Shown here: piece by piece, positions 23,810-34,972 of the stretch
How positions within the stretch are numbered: position 1 is the first letter of the stretch
Layout: every line of letters begins with the position of its first letter
Origin: Octopus bimaculoides
Taxonomy: Eukaryota
Direction of reading: 5' to 3'
Length of the DNA: 45,825 nt
Assembly (NCBI RefSeq): GCF_001194135.2
Contig: NC_068997.1
Span: forward strand, 797,495-843,319
The notes under the pieces: model-generated
Database searches by the model: none
What the model was told of the DNA's origin: nothing
What the model saw: only the letters and a program-made list of their open reading frames with translations
Position numbers and translations under genes: made by a program

Positions 23810-24390
23810 TATACAATGATAAGTGCTCACATATTTGTGCATTTGTGCGTGTGTTTGTGTATATGTATGTGAGAGTAATGTTTATGTCTATGTATACATA
23901 GATATATGAATATATGAATGTAAATACACACACATACGCATTAACATGGACATGTGTGCACATACACATGCGTATACACTTATACACATGCATTCACACA
24001 TACATGCACATTCAGCATTAATACGTACATAATGTAAACATATACATACATATATACTACATACACATGTACGTACGTACATACATACACACATTCAAAT
24101 ATACATACATACATACATACATACATACATACATAATACATGTTTGCATTCACACATCCATATATGCATGCATGCATACATGCATATTTATATGCTTACA
24201 TATATAAATGCATATCTATGCATGCACTTGTATATCCATGCATGTATGTATACATAAATTTCATATATACATGCATACATACGTACGTACATACATACAT
24301 ACATACATACATACATACACAATACGTATATACATATTCGCATACATACACTTACATACGGATACGCATTACAAAGATATGCATCAAGGT
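23660..24390. repeat. Degenerate (TA)/(TG)/(ACAT) microsatellite field
   Basis: Seen directly. Confidence 0.9.
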
Positions 24391-24555
24391 ATTTGTGTGT
24401 TTGCCAAATGAAGCTGAATGTTATGTATTTTAGTGATATTGGTTAAATAGTGACTAAAACTTTTGTTGTATTTTAACATTAAACATCCACAACAACAAAT
24501 ATGGCGTCACTGTTTTATTTCCCTTGTCACTTTCCATTGTCTTCTTTGTTTATAG

Positions 24556-24960
24556 CTATAAGAATCACTTTCTGCCTTCCATTCATCCGGAGACCATACG
24601 GTGAGTACCGATCATAAATTGGGTGAGTTTAAATTAACCATAATGTCATTCAAAATAAACGGTTTTCCGTCAAATTGAGATAACAGTAACTAGGGATGGG
24701 TGTAAATAAATAAACTCTCTTGCAACCGGAACTACGAGGCGGTTTCAATCTCCGATTGAAACTGTTTCACATGAGGGTAAACTATAATCACTATTTTTCA
24801 GTTTAGCCAGTCGTTGTAGGAAATATCGCCACCATGGGTATCTTTAACGGAATCCATTCTATTGCAAGGATTTGTGCTGCCTCTGGATACCATCTTTTTT
24901 TTTAGTACCAGTGGTGGAGGCCCTAAACCAGTTATAGATGCAGTTCCTAGGGGAAACTGA
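24556..24960 (+). CDS. Candidate three-exon 3' end (24556-24600, 24802-24837, 24906-24960): YKNHFLPSIHPETIR-LASRCRKYRHHG-TSGGGPKPVIDAVPRGN*
   Basis: Exon 1 has a polypyrimidine tract, TTTATAG and G|GTGAGT. All junctions are phase 2 and the joined frame is open. The second donor (GG|GTATCT) is weak. No homology recognised. Confidence 0.25.
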
Positions 24961-25481
24961 AACCACCACTATGGTACAATTTCTAGATAGAAATGTGGCC
25001 CCAGAAACTTCTCGTGATTGACAACTAACAAAATTTTAAAAAGCGTAAAAGAAATTTCGGATGTTTCAGTTTTTCGCACTGATCTTGCTGATTGAACGAC
25101 CATATTTACAGGGGTTAACTAACTCTGAGTAGACACCATTACTTACCGAACGTCAATTGGAATAGAAAAGGGAAATAAATTTCCAATGAGTAAACGACAA
25201 AGCAGTGCTGTATTTCGTTTGTATTTAGGGATGAAGTAAACTCTAGAATCGGAAGGATCCGGTGTGGATTGGCAACAATTAATACGAATGAAACATGGTA
25301 ATTAGAAACATGTAGCTGATGTACGGAATAGAAATTTTGTAAAGTTTTGAGCTTTGATCCTTTATTGAGAAAGAGAAATAAAGGAATATTTCAGTTTTAG
25401 GTAAATATTTATAAACCTCTATAACATATTACAGGTATTTTTTTACAAACTCCAATGCATTTAACTTAAAAACTCGATGTA

Positions 25482-25667
25482 GGTTTGCCATCTTTACTAC
25501 GCTTCAAGTTCGGAAGACAGGGTAAGTCGAGTACATCGACCCCAGTGCGTAACAGGTACTCATTTTATCTACCCCGAAAGGATGACAGGCAAAGTCGACG
25601 TCGGCGGAATTTGGACTCAGAACGTAAAGTCGAGCAAAGTGCCGCTATGCATTTTGCCCGGCATGCT
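25482..25667 (-). mobile_element. SINE family C, head partly lost
   Basis: Reverse complement of the TTTACGTTCTGAGT(T/C)CAAATTCCGCC...TTTGCCT(T/G)TCATCCTTTCGGGGT...GATAAAAT core. Confidence 0.88.
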
Positions 25668-26183
25668 TAGGATAAGAAACAATATTGATCATTGGTTGTT
25701 CATCAACATAAACCAAAATGTTGTATTCCATGACAATTCACTGGCCACGTGAATAGCGCTCATTGACCCATGTGGCCCGTTGAAATTTGATTCTCACAAA
25801 ATGAAATCGAGATAAACCACGATAGACGGATAGACTTTTTTTTTTAGTTTTGTTTATCTAGTAAGTAATTTTTCCAAAAAGTCTCCAAATGTTTAACTTC
25901 AGAATTCATGGAAAGTTGTCGCAAGAAACTTTAAAGACTGATTTTAAAGTATCTGTTTATCTAAAATATCTGTTAGCAAAGACTGTCATCATCATCTTTA
26001 TCGCCATTATTGTTAACATTATCGCCATCATCCTCATCCTCATCGTCGTCGTCGTCGTCGTCATCATCTTCATCTTCGTCATTGTGATTTCATGAGAAAC
26101 GATAGGGATTAAATATACCAGCACCGGTTGTTAAGCGGTGTTGGGGAAACAAAGAGAAGCACACACACACATATATATTCACT

Positions 26184-26390
26184 ATGTGTGTGTGTCTTTG
26201 TGTCTCTGTTTGTCCTCCCATCACCACCTGACAACCGGTGTTGGGGTGTTTATGTTACGTTTCCGTAACTTAACGGTTCGGCAAAAAAAGACTAATAGAA
26301 TAGGTACTAGGCTTTTAAAAAATAAGCCCTGGGGTCGATTTATTCGACTAAAAAGTCTTCAAGGCAGTGCTCCAGCATGGCCGCAGTCAA
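26184..26390 (+). mobile_element. SINE family B, 3' half, preceded by an inverted fragment of itself (26117-26172)
   Basis: ACAACCGGTGTTGG...AACGGTTCGGCAAAA...GGGGTCGATT...GTGCTCCAGCATGGCCGCAGTCAA matches family B. Confidence 0.85.
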
Positions 26391-26768
26391 GGAAGATTGT
26401 TCATATCCTTCTAAGTGTGCATATGCCTGAATGTGTGCAAGTTTGTATACGTACACTTTTATATCTCATAACCATTTTTTATAACATCGTTCTTGTATAC
26501 ACCAGTAGATGTTGCTGTATACTAGTTATTGTCACCTCTATAAAGTACTAGATGGTCGAAAGGAAAGAGAGAAAGAGAAAGTGGGGAGGAGAAGGAGAAA
26601 AAGGAGGAAACTGACATAGACAAGCCACGTAGTTCATATGAATGGTGGAAGTATTCCAAAGCTTCTGCTCTCAGGAGGATTATGTTCTGGGAAAAGTTCT
26701 CCATAGGAACAGAAGTTAGACGGACTGCCTTAAATTGGCTCTGAAGAGTAATGTTCATGTAGAAAGTA

Positions 26769-26984
26769 AAGCGGTGAGCTGGCAAAATCGCTAGCATGCT
26801 GGGCAAAATGCTTAGCGGCATTTCGCCCGTCTTTACGTTCTGAGTTCAAATTCCGCCGAGATCAACTTTACCTTTCATCCTTTTGAGATCTATAAAATAA
26901 GTATCAGTTGAGCACTGGATTCGATGTAATCAATTGACCCTGCCTCCTCAAATTACTGGCCTTGTGCCAAAATTTGAAACCAAT
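26769..26984 (+). mobile_element. SINE family C, full-length
   Basis: AAGCGGTGAGCTGGCAAAATCG head, GAGTTCAAATTCC box B, CCTTTCATCC core and TGTGCCAAAATTTGAAACCAATA end. Confidence 0.92.
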
Positions 26985-27039
26985 ATTCATGTGGAAAGTA
27001 ATATATTTATTGTTTTCTATAAGTCATAAATGGGTGATA

Positions 27040-27245
27040 TACCTTATTTTCCGGTATACAAGCCGGATTTTCCAGACCAAAATTTACAGCCAAAAAAGTT
27101 AAGTCGACTTATACACCAAAACGTCTTTGGAGGATCAAAAATTCCGTTTGAAATTCAGCAAGATTTGGAAAGATAGTGTAAATGTTTGAACGTCTACATG
27201 TTTACACTATATGCTATGTCGATTAGTATGCCGGAAAATACGGTG
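27040..27245. mobile_element. pogo/Tigger-like MITE (~205 bp)
   Basis: Inverted termini TACCTTATTTTCCGGTATA and TAGTATGCCGGAAAATACGGT. A homologous copy lies at 29720-29927. Confidence 0.75.
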
Positions 27246-27671
27246 CACTGAATGCGGTCATACATTTTGAAGGGAATCGCGTCAATCATGTAAAATAAAA
27301 ACAAGTTGCAAGAAAAGAAAACTACAGATAACAATATTTTTTTGCAATACTCGACTTGTGAAGAAGTTTGTTTATTTTAGAGTGGTTTACTTTGATATTC
27401 TAGGGTATATGAATCAAAAGAAGTTAATAAATCTTTGCAACTTGAAAGAATATATATCGGCAGATCCTGTGATCAATGTTGCTTTTCTATTGGTGAACTG
27501 AAAAGTTCAAGTTTGTACAAAATGTCATGATTCTGCATTGGATTGTAGTTATGGTAAAAGCTGCTGATGATCAGCTTAGCTAAAATGTCATTAACAACAA
27601 TGGTTATACTCATTATCGAGCAGACTTCAAACATGCATTTATACGGACATATACTTACATATATTTGCATA

Positions 27672-27675
<4 letters not shown>

Positions 27676-27736
<61 letters not shown>

Positions 27737-28180
27737 NNNNNNNNNNNNNNNNNNNNNNNNNNNNNNNNNNNNNNNNNNNNNNNNNNNNNNNNNNNNNNNN
27801 NNNNNNNNNNNNNNNNNNNNNNNNNNNNNNNNNNNNNNNNNNNNNNNNNNNNNNNNNNNNNNNNNNNNNNNNNNNNNNNNNNNNNNNNNNNNNNNNNNNN
27901 NNNNNNNNNNNNNNNNNNNNNNNNNNNNNNNNNNNNNNNNNNNNNNNNNNNNNNNNNNNNNNNNNNNNNNNNNNNNNNNNNNNNNNNNNNNNNNNNNNNN
28001 NNNNNNNNNNNNNNNNNNNNNNNNNNNNNNNNNNNNNNNNNNNNNNNNNNNNNNNNNNNNNNNNNNNNNNNNNNNNNNTTCTTCTTCTTCTTCTTCTTCT
28101 TCTTCTTCTTCTTCTTCTTCTTCTTCTTCTTCTTCTTCTTCTTCTTCTTCTTCTTCTTCTTCTTCTTCTTCTTCTTCTTC
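27676..28180. repeat. (TG)n - gap - (TTC)n microsatellites
   Basis: Seen directly. Confidence 0.95.
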
Positions 28181-28686
28181 ATAGAGCGTTAGTAGTTTAA
28201 CAAACGAAAGAAAGAGGCAAGTTTTGTGTAACTGTTTTCAGAAAATTTCATCTTGTTAATTTGTTTTAAAGTAGTCAATAATTTTAGTTTTAACTACGAA
28301 CAAAATTCACAAGTCATTTTCTGCACTTATGTGCGAAAGAATCAGCCACATATTTTTGAGCTAAATTTTTAACATTCCGCATTTGGGTTTTGCCAAGCAA
28401 AAGCTATAGCAAATACATATATGATTTTGTATAAATTGTATAATTGACTTTGACGGGTGTTGAGCATCATATATTAGAAAAAACAGAAAAACAAACAATG
28501 CCATTGGTATATAAAAAAAAAGGTCAAAACTACTACAGCTATTTCAATAACAATGAAGAGAAAATACAACACGTAGTTGTGTTATAATAATATTAACTTT
28601 ATAACATAATTATTAATGATTAACAATCGTTATAATAATTGCACTCACCAAGTCGATTCCAAGTTTCTGTATGTGGAACACAAACC

Positions 28687-28948
28687 GAGGCGGCGAGATG
28701 ACAGAATCGCTAGCAAGATGGACGAAATACAAGCAACATTTCGTCCATCTTTACGTGCTGAAGTCGCCATGGTCCTCTTTGCCTTTCATCCTTTCGGAGT
28801 CGATAAAATAAGTACCAGTTGAGTACTGGTGTCGATGTAGTCGACCTGCATCCTTCTCTGAAACTGTTANNNNNNNNNNTGGTGTCGATGTAGTCGACCT
28901 GCATCCTTCTCTGAAACTGTTGACCTTGTACCAAAGTTTGAAACCAAT
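28687..28948 (+). mobile_element. SINE family C, with a 42 bp duplication on either side of a 10-N gap (probably an assembly artefact)
   Basis: Family C head, core (GCCTTTCATCCTTTCGGAGTCGATAAAATAAGTACCAG) and end are all present. Confidence 0.88.
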
Positions 28949-29012
28949 GTGGAACACATAGCGGTGACTGAGTGTAATCTCTGACTTCTAATAAATGAAG
29001 ATAGAATTATTT

Positions 29013-29066
29013 GACGACGACGACGACGACGACATCGACGACGACGACATCGACGACGACGACATC
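29013..29066. repeat. (GAC)n/(GACATC) microsatellite running into a gap
   Basis: Seen directly. Confidence 0.9.
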
Positions 29067-29719
29067 NNNNNNNNNNNNNNNNNNNNNNNNNNNNNNNNNN
29101 NNNNNNNNNNNNNNNNNNNNNNNNNNNNNNNNNNNNNNNNNNNNNNNNNNNNNNNNNNNNNNNNNNNNNNNNNNNNNNNNNNNNNNNNNNNNNNNNNNNN
29201 NNNNNNNNNNNNNNNNNNNNNNNNNNNNNNNNNNNNNNNNNNNNNNNNNNNNNNNNNNNNNNNNNNNNNNNNNNNNNNNNNNNNNNNNNNNNNNNNNNNN
29301 NNNNNNNNNNNNNNNNNNNNNNNNNNNNNNNNNNNGTCTTCTGCAACAAACTTCAGCAAAAATTCAAACACACGATACCTAAAGAGTAAGAAACAACTTT
29401 ATCCGCTCGGCTATTTTAATTGTTGTGTTAACTTATTGCTCATTAAATCTAAATTATTGTTGACAATGGAGGAAATATTCAATTGCGTTTCTCGGTAGAT
29501 TCCCGTTTCGGCGGAAACAGCCAATTGACTAGTCATCAAGAAGAAACAGAAAATGAAAAGATGAGTCCAGGTTTTTATTATCTTCTCAAATTCTCATCTG
29601 TTCGTTTATTCCAATTTCTATTGCAAATCAACCAATGACAAAATTAAAATGCTGTTCTTTTAATTATCAGGTTTAACCCGTTTAATATCAGATTTATACG
29701 ACTTGAAGAAAAGAAAGCA

Positions 29720-29927
29720 TACTGTATTTTCCTACACACAAGTAGAACTTTTAGGAAAAAAATATGCAGCCAAAAACTGGTAGGTAGCTTATACACGAAG
29801 ACGATTTTTGAGGGATAAAAATTCCTTGCGAAATGTGTCAGGCTTTGGAATGAAAACAGTATTTGAATGTTTATGCCACATATTTCCAGTATATTCTACG
29901 TCAACTTGTATTCAGGAAAATACGCTA
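29720..29927. mobile_element. Second, more diverged pogo/Tigger-like MITE
   Basis: TACTGTATTTTCC ... GTCAACTTGTATTCAGGAAAATACGCTA termini. It shares internal CAGCCAAAAA and CTTATACAC with 27040-27245 and has the same length. Confidence 0.65.
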
Positions 29928-30104
29928 AGCGTTTGCTATTCCAGGGGGAATAATATTGAAGAAGTAAGAGTATTTAGTGAAATATGAATACTGAGAGATT
30001 AGAGCACTGTGGTAGATAAAATACTGTACTCGGCTTCCGAATTCCATTAAAGTTTCAAGTTTCAATTTCAAAGCATTTAAAGGCTGAGAACCAAAGATGA
30101 AAAT

Positions 30105-30255
30105 AGGTAGTTAAAAGTTTACTTCGAAATCATGTAATTATGGGTTTGATCAAACTGCGTGACACTTTGGGCGAGTGCCTTCCGTAACCTCAATTGACCA
30201 ATACTTTGCAAGAGGAATTTGATAGACAGAAACTGTGTGGAAGCCCACTGTATAT
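30105..30255 (+). mobile_element. Old, degenerate family B-like SINE head
   Basis: GGGTTTGATCAAACTGCGTGACACTTTGGGCGAGTG and TGATAGACAGAAACTGTGTGGAAGCCC align loosely with 14010-14120. Confidence 0.55.
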
Positions 30256-30377
30256 GTATCTATGGGAATAGGGTTGCATGTGCGTCCGTTTGCATGTGAA
30301 GACTCATGGTTCGGATAAAAGTTAAGACTGGGTGATAATCTGTATCCTCATTTTACAATGTTGTAATTCGACAACAG

Positions 30378-30845
30378 CTGGCGTGGTTAACCCTACGACG
30401 GACTTACGGGAGTTAACCCTATGATGGACTGGTGAGGGCTAACCCTACATTGGACTAGCGTGGATAAAGCCCGCAATAGACTGATATGGATAAGCCCTAC
30501 GATAGGCTAACGTGGATTAAACCTGTCTTGGATTGATGAGGTTATTTCTGTGGTGGATTAGCATGGGTTAACCCTACGATAGACTGGCGGAGCTAGCCTT
30601 GCTATCAACTGGCGCGGGCTAATCGTGCCACAGACTGTGTGGGTTAATACTGTGATGAATTAGTGTGGATTAACCTTATGTTGGACCAGCAGGGTTATCA
30701 ACTTGACGGACTGTAATAAACTGACGTTGCTTAATCTTGCGATGCGCCGCTGTGGTTTGACCATGCGATGGACTAACGTTGGTTGAAGCTGTGATGGGCT
30801 TAGTGAAGTTGACCTTGCGATGGACTGGCGTGGTCTAACCCTGAG
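30378..30845. repeat. Degenerate minisatellite: ~18 units of 25-26 bp, consensus ~CTGGCGTGG(G)TTAACCCT(A/G)CGATGGA
   Basis: Parsed by eye, e.g. CTGGCGTGGTTAACCCTACGACGGA, CTTACGGGAGTTAACCCTATGATGGA, TTAGCATGGGTTAACCCTACGATAGA, CTTAGTGAAGTTGACCTTGCGATGGA. There are no spacers between units. Confidence 0.88.
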
Positions 30846-30854
30846 ATTTATTCG

Positions 30855-30960
30855 CGTCCCGTTCAGGCGTGGAGGATCGACCTCTCAGTCACTTCAACGC
30901 CATGAAAAACCGGGATGAGTTTCGGCCCAATGAACCTGTAGTCACGTGACATGCCTTTAA
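30855..30960 (+). mobile_element. SINE/LINE-like 3' tail immediately after the minisatellite
   Basis: CGTCCCGTTCAGG...GTCACTTCAACGCCATGAAAAACCGGGATGAGTTTCGGCC resembles tails of the form CCCTGCGATGGACT-CATCCC-GTCGCTTCATGCTA-AAACCGGGATAAGCTCCGG that I recall from V-SINE-related and invertebrate SINEs. Not database-checked. Confidence 0.45.
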
Positions 30961-30964
30961 CACC

Positions 30965-31793
30965 GTGTGTGTGTGTGTGCGCGTACGGTGGTGGTGGTGG
31001 TGGTGGTGGTGGTGGTGGTGTTATTGCTGATGTTGTTAGTGTTTCATTTACTTCTTATTACTTTCACAAGCATCGGTACTATTGGTGAAAACAACAATGG
31101 TGACAGCAGCAGCAGCAGCAGCAGCAGCAAGAGTAGGTGTAATTACATCGGTAGCTGCAAGAGCAGCAGCATTTGCAACAACAGAAGTATAAAAAAAAAG
31201 CAGTGGCAGTAACAACTATACTACTACTACTACTACTACAACCACTACCACTACCACCACCACCGCCACTACCACCACCATCACCATCACCATCACCACT
31301 GCTGCCACCGCCGCCGCCGCCAGCACCGCTACCTCTACTACCACAGCACCACCATCGCCGCCACCACCACCGCTACTACAATAATAGCAGTAACAAAAGC
31401 AGCAAGAAGAACAAGAATAATAACAAGAACAACAGTGCAGTAACAGAAACATTGATAACAATAGGAAGAACAACAGTAACAGAAGCAGCAACAACAACAA
31501 CAAGAATTTGCTGAAAAGGAAAACCAAAATCCATAAAGGAAGTAGAGAGAAGAAGAGAGATTAGAGAGAGAGAGGGAGAAAGAGAGAGAGAGGGGAGAAA
31601 GAGAGAGAATGAGAAGAAAATCGAAAGAAAAGAAGAGAAAATATCAATAGAAAATAAAAGTTGTATAGAATATGTGAGGTAGAGGTTGAGGGGAAGGGAT
31701 ATAGCGATTGAGAGGTGAAGGAGGAGAAAGAAACGGAAGTGATAAGATGAGAAAAATATAGATGGAAAGAAAAGATAGAGACAGAGAGAGAGG

Positions 31794-31838
<45 letters not shown>

Positions 31839-31850
31839 TAGAAAAAGTCA
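30965..31850. repeat. Mixed trinucleotide (GGT, AGC, TAC/CAC/GCC, AAC) and purine-rich (GA)n low-complexity tract
   Basis: Seen directly. Confidence 0.9.
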
Positions 31851-32339
31851 AAAAGACGGAGAAAGAGTGAATGAGAGTGGTGACATTTATTCCTCAATTT
31901 CATGAAGATTTTGAGGGCCGTTGCTTTCGTACGATTCACCACGCAAAATGTTCCCGCAATAAGCAATAGAAAACATCTGCTCTGACATTTTGTGCCTGGG
32001 AGATTTTTCTCAGTCAATAATGGAATTATTAATAATTGATACAAGAGAAAGCACGTGTAATTGAAGTATTGGTCCAATTTCCGTTGTTTTTCCTTTGATT
32101 TTCCGTTAGATTTGCTTCAGCTCTAAACTCTCTATAATGTTCCTTCTTCAACAACAAGCAATGCTTGCTTGGCTTCTTCTGTTTAACAGCTTCATATTTT
32201 TGAGCTCTAATTGTGGGATCTCCCAACACAACAGAGCTTTTCTTATCTCGTCCATTATAAGCTTTTCTTGCAGTTAGATCACGCGGCAATAAATGTCTTC
32301 ACTCTTTTTACTTCCCATCCTTTCCCTATTCTTTCATGC

Positions 32340-32559
32340 AACCTCTATCTTTCTTTCTTTTCTTCTCATTATCTTTCTCTCTGTCTTCTTCTCCGTCTAT
32401 CCATCTTTCTGTCACTCTTTCTCTCTCTCTCTCACTCACTCACTTTCTCTTTTTTTTTTCTTTTTGAGTTTTACTGTTTCCATCAAGCCAAGTCGCTGCC
32501 ACTTTTTCTGCTGGTATCCCCTTCTCCTCCTTTCTCACTTTCTCTTTTTCTCTCACTAT

Positions 32560-32622
<63 letters not shown>

Positions 32623-32711
32623 ACTCACTTTCACTTTTTTCCTTCCTGAGGCTCACCATTTCCATCAAACCAAATCGTTACCACTTTTCTATCTACCTTC
32701 TCTCTCCCTTT

Positions 32712-32762
<51 letters not shown>

Positions 32763-32810
32763 CTCATTCTCTCCCCTCTATTTCTCTCTCCCTTTGTTTC
32801 TTCTTCTCTT
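32340..32810. repeat. (CT)n-rich polypyrimidine tract with an internal duplicated block (TTTCCATCAA...CCACTTT at ~32477 and ~32659)
   Basis: Seen directly. Confidence 0.85.
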
Positions 32811-33463
32811 TTACTCATCGCACTTAATAGAAATGCCCGGGTGAGGGTAAGTGAGGCGAAATCTGTGTAAAGGACGGTGAATATTGAGGTGAGGTACATA
32901 GCGAGGGTGGAGGTGACAACGGCCGATGTAACAATACAATAGTTGTTGTCAAAAATTAAAGGGAAAGATGTATATAATCGATGCTGCAGAAATTGAAGTC
33001 AGCGATAAAAATGTAAAGAATAAGAAAGGTGAGCTGAATGTTATTGAAACTAAACTTGAGCTTTGTTATCTCCCTTTGAGGTTAACTCTTTTGTTATCGT
33101 TATTCACTCCTCATTTTTGAAACATTCTTCTGTTAAAAATACATTCTTCTCTACATTTCTCTTTCATATCTCTTTACATTTTTATATCTCTCTCTCTCTC
33201 ACTCTTCTCTCCTTTTCTTTCTCGTTTCTCCCGTGCGACTTCCTTTAGCTTGTATTATGCGTAATATTATAAATTATCACAAAATAAGATGAAATGATGG
33301 AACTGTACGAACGCGTGATGAAACGTTTCGCTGTATTTAATTTCAGCACTCAATGTTCTGAGTTCAAACGCTACTAGGGCCGACTCTGCTTCTCATCCCA
33401 TAGGTTTACGTGCTGAGGCAAGTTCAATCGAATTTACATCTTCCTTCAAGTGATCAATATCAT

Positions 33464-33679
33464 AAGGCAACGAGCTGGCAGAATCGTTAGCACGCCGGAC
33501 AAAACGCTTAGCGGCATTTCGTCCGTCTTTACATTTTCAGTTCAAATTCCGCCAAGGCTGACTTTGCCTTTCATCCTTTCGGGGTCGATAAAATAAGTAC
33601 AAGTTGGATACTGGGGTCGATGTAATCGACTTACTCCAGCCCTGAAGTTGCTGGCCTTGTGCCAAAATTTGAAACCAAT
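33464..33679 (+). mobile_element. SINE family C, full-length
   Basis: AAGGCAACGAGCTGGCAGAATCGTTAGCACGCCGG head through TGTGCCAAAATTTGAAACCAAT. Confidence 0.93.
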
Positions 33680-33708
33680 GTTATAAGTTATCAATATATA
33701 TTCTATTG

Positions 33709-33924
33709 AAGGCAGTGAGCTGGTAGAATTGTTAGCACATCGGGCAAAATGCTTAGCGGCATTTGGTCCATCTTTACGCTTTGAGTTCAAATTCCGCCGA
33801 GGTAGACTTTGCCTTTTATCCTTCCGTGGTCGATAAAATAAGTACCAGTTGAATACTGGTGTCGATGTAATCGACTTAGCCTCTCCCCCGAATTGCTGGC
33901 CTTGTGTCAAAATTTGAACCAATA
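33709..33924 (+). mobile_element. SINE family C, full-length, in tandem with the previous copy
   Basis: AAGGCAGTGAGCTGGTAGAATTGTTAGC head through TGTGTCAAAATTTGAACCAATA, ~30 bp downstream of the previous copy. Confidence 0.93.
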
Positions 33925-34861
33925 TTTCTGATGACCTTGTTACTGTTTTTCAACGATTTTTTGAGCTGTAATGTACAAAAGTATAAAAGTGAACTTTATC
34001 TTGTTAGTTGTATAAGTTCTGCACAATATCAACCCTTTTTCATCTATACACAAATATTGAAGCAGAAACTATTAATGTGAATGGCCAACTTCACCAGGAA
34101 TTTGTAAGTTCTTGTCAGAAAACGTTTGCCAAACAAGTACAAACATTACAAAGTCATCGACAAACGTTAATAAAAATTATGTAAAGAACGTTTGAAAAGG
34201 ATAGAAATAATTGAATTTAATTATAGATTTGCTGTTAAGACCAAATTCAACTTCAGTGGAATCTTATCATTTACAAGACAATCGTTTAACAAAAAGTTTA
34301 CATTACGTTGTTAAGTTAAAATCGTATCTGAAGATTTATTTTGAAAATAATATCAGAAAACATACAGGGAAGGTGCGAAACAGAGAGAGGGAGAAAGAAA
34401 GAGAAAGGGGAACAGAAAAGGAGAAGATGGGGAGAGAGATGGAGAGAAAGGGAGGGGAAGATAGACAGAGAGAGCACATTCCACTGGAACATATGAAGAG
34501 AATATTTATTTCGGTAGTATATATCCACCAAGGTGTGTTTTTATGCTTGTGACTAGTGTATGCTATTTGTAGAGATTACGTCAGCATTGTGTCATACTAT
34601 GAGTATTTGGTATAAGCAATACTCATACGAATGGACAATGCTACAATAAACTTGCAGATAACGTACAATTGTCGCAAACAAAAAGAAACATCGGACTGAT
34701 GACGTATAAATCTAAGTGAGAAAAGGGACTTCCGGTAGTAATGTGTATCTGTATACATACATACATACATACATACATACATACATACATACACACACAC
34801 ACTCACACACACTCACACACAAAAATACATACATACATACATACATACAAACAAAAATACC

Positions 34862-34960
34862 TTGTTGTTGATGTTGAAATTCCAATGAAGGAACCTGGGA
34901 TCTAGGTTAGAAACCAATTCTTTTTCTATTGGCAAGAAATCTTGAAATAAACTGAATAAT
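34862..34960 (+). mobile_element. Short interspersed repeat, possibly a PLE terminus (related copy at ~38562-38650)
   Basis: Both copies share GTTGAT...AAATTCCA(A/G)TGAAG...GGT...AAACC(A/G)ATTCTTT...CTTGAAATAA...TGAATAAT. Confidence 0.45.
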
Positions 34961-34972
34961 GATATACATACA

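Noticed and set aside
24742-24762. GTTTCAATC-TCC-GATTGAAAC hairpin resembling a CRISPR direct repeat
   Set aside because: Single copy, no spacers, no cas genes, eukaryotic context. A 9 bp stem can arise by chance.
24660-24830. Faint resemblance to large-subunit rRNA (GGTAAACTATAA...TAGCC)
   Set aside because: Only a few bases match and the flanking conserved rRNA blocks are absent.
24828-24905. Perfect GCCACCATGG Kozak context
   Set aside because: This is a vertebrate-type consensus, and the ORF (MGIFNG...LFF*) is only 23 codons.
28827-28921. Exact 42 bp direct repeat inside a SINE
   Set aside because: The copies flank a 10-N gap, the typical signature of unmerged overlapping contig ends.
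30378-30845. 25-26 bp array considered as a CRISPR array
   Set aside because: Units are contiguous, with no unique spacers, and are heavily diverged. It is a minisatellite.
31173-31514. Pro/His/Thr-rich ORF resembling a low-complexity transcription-factor region
   Set aside because: It is a patchwork of trinucleotide microsatellites open in several frames on both strands, with no folded domain nearby.
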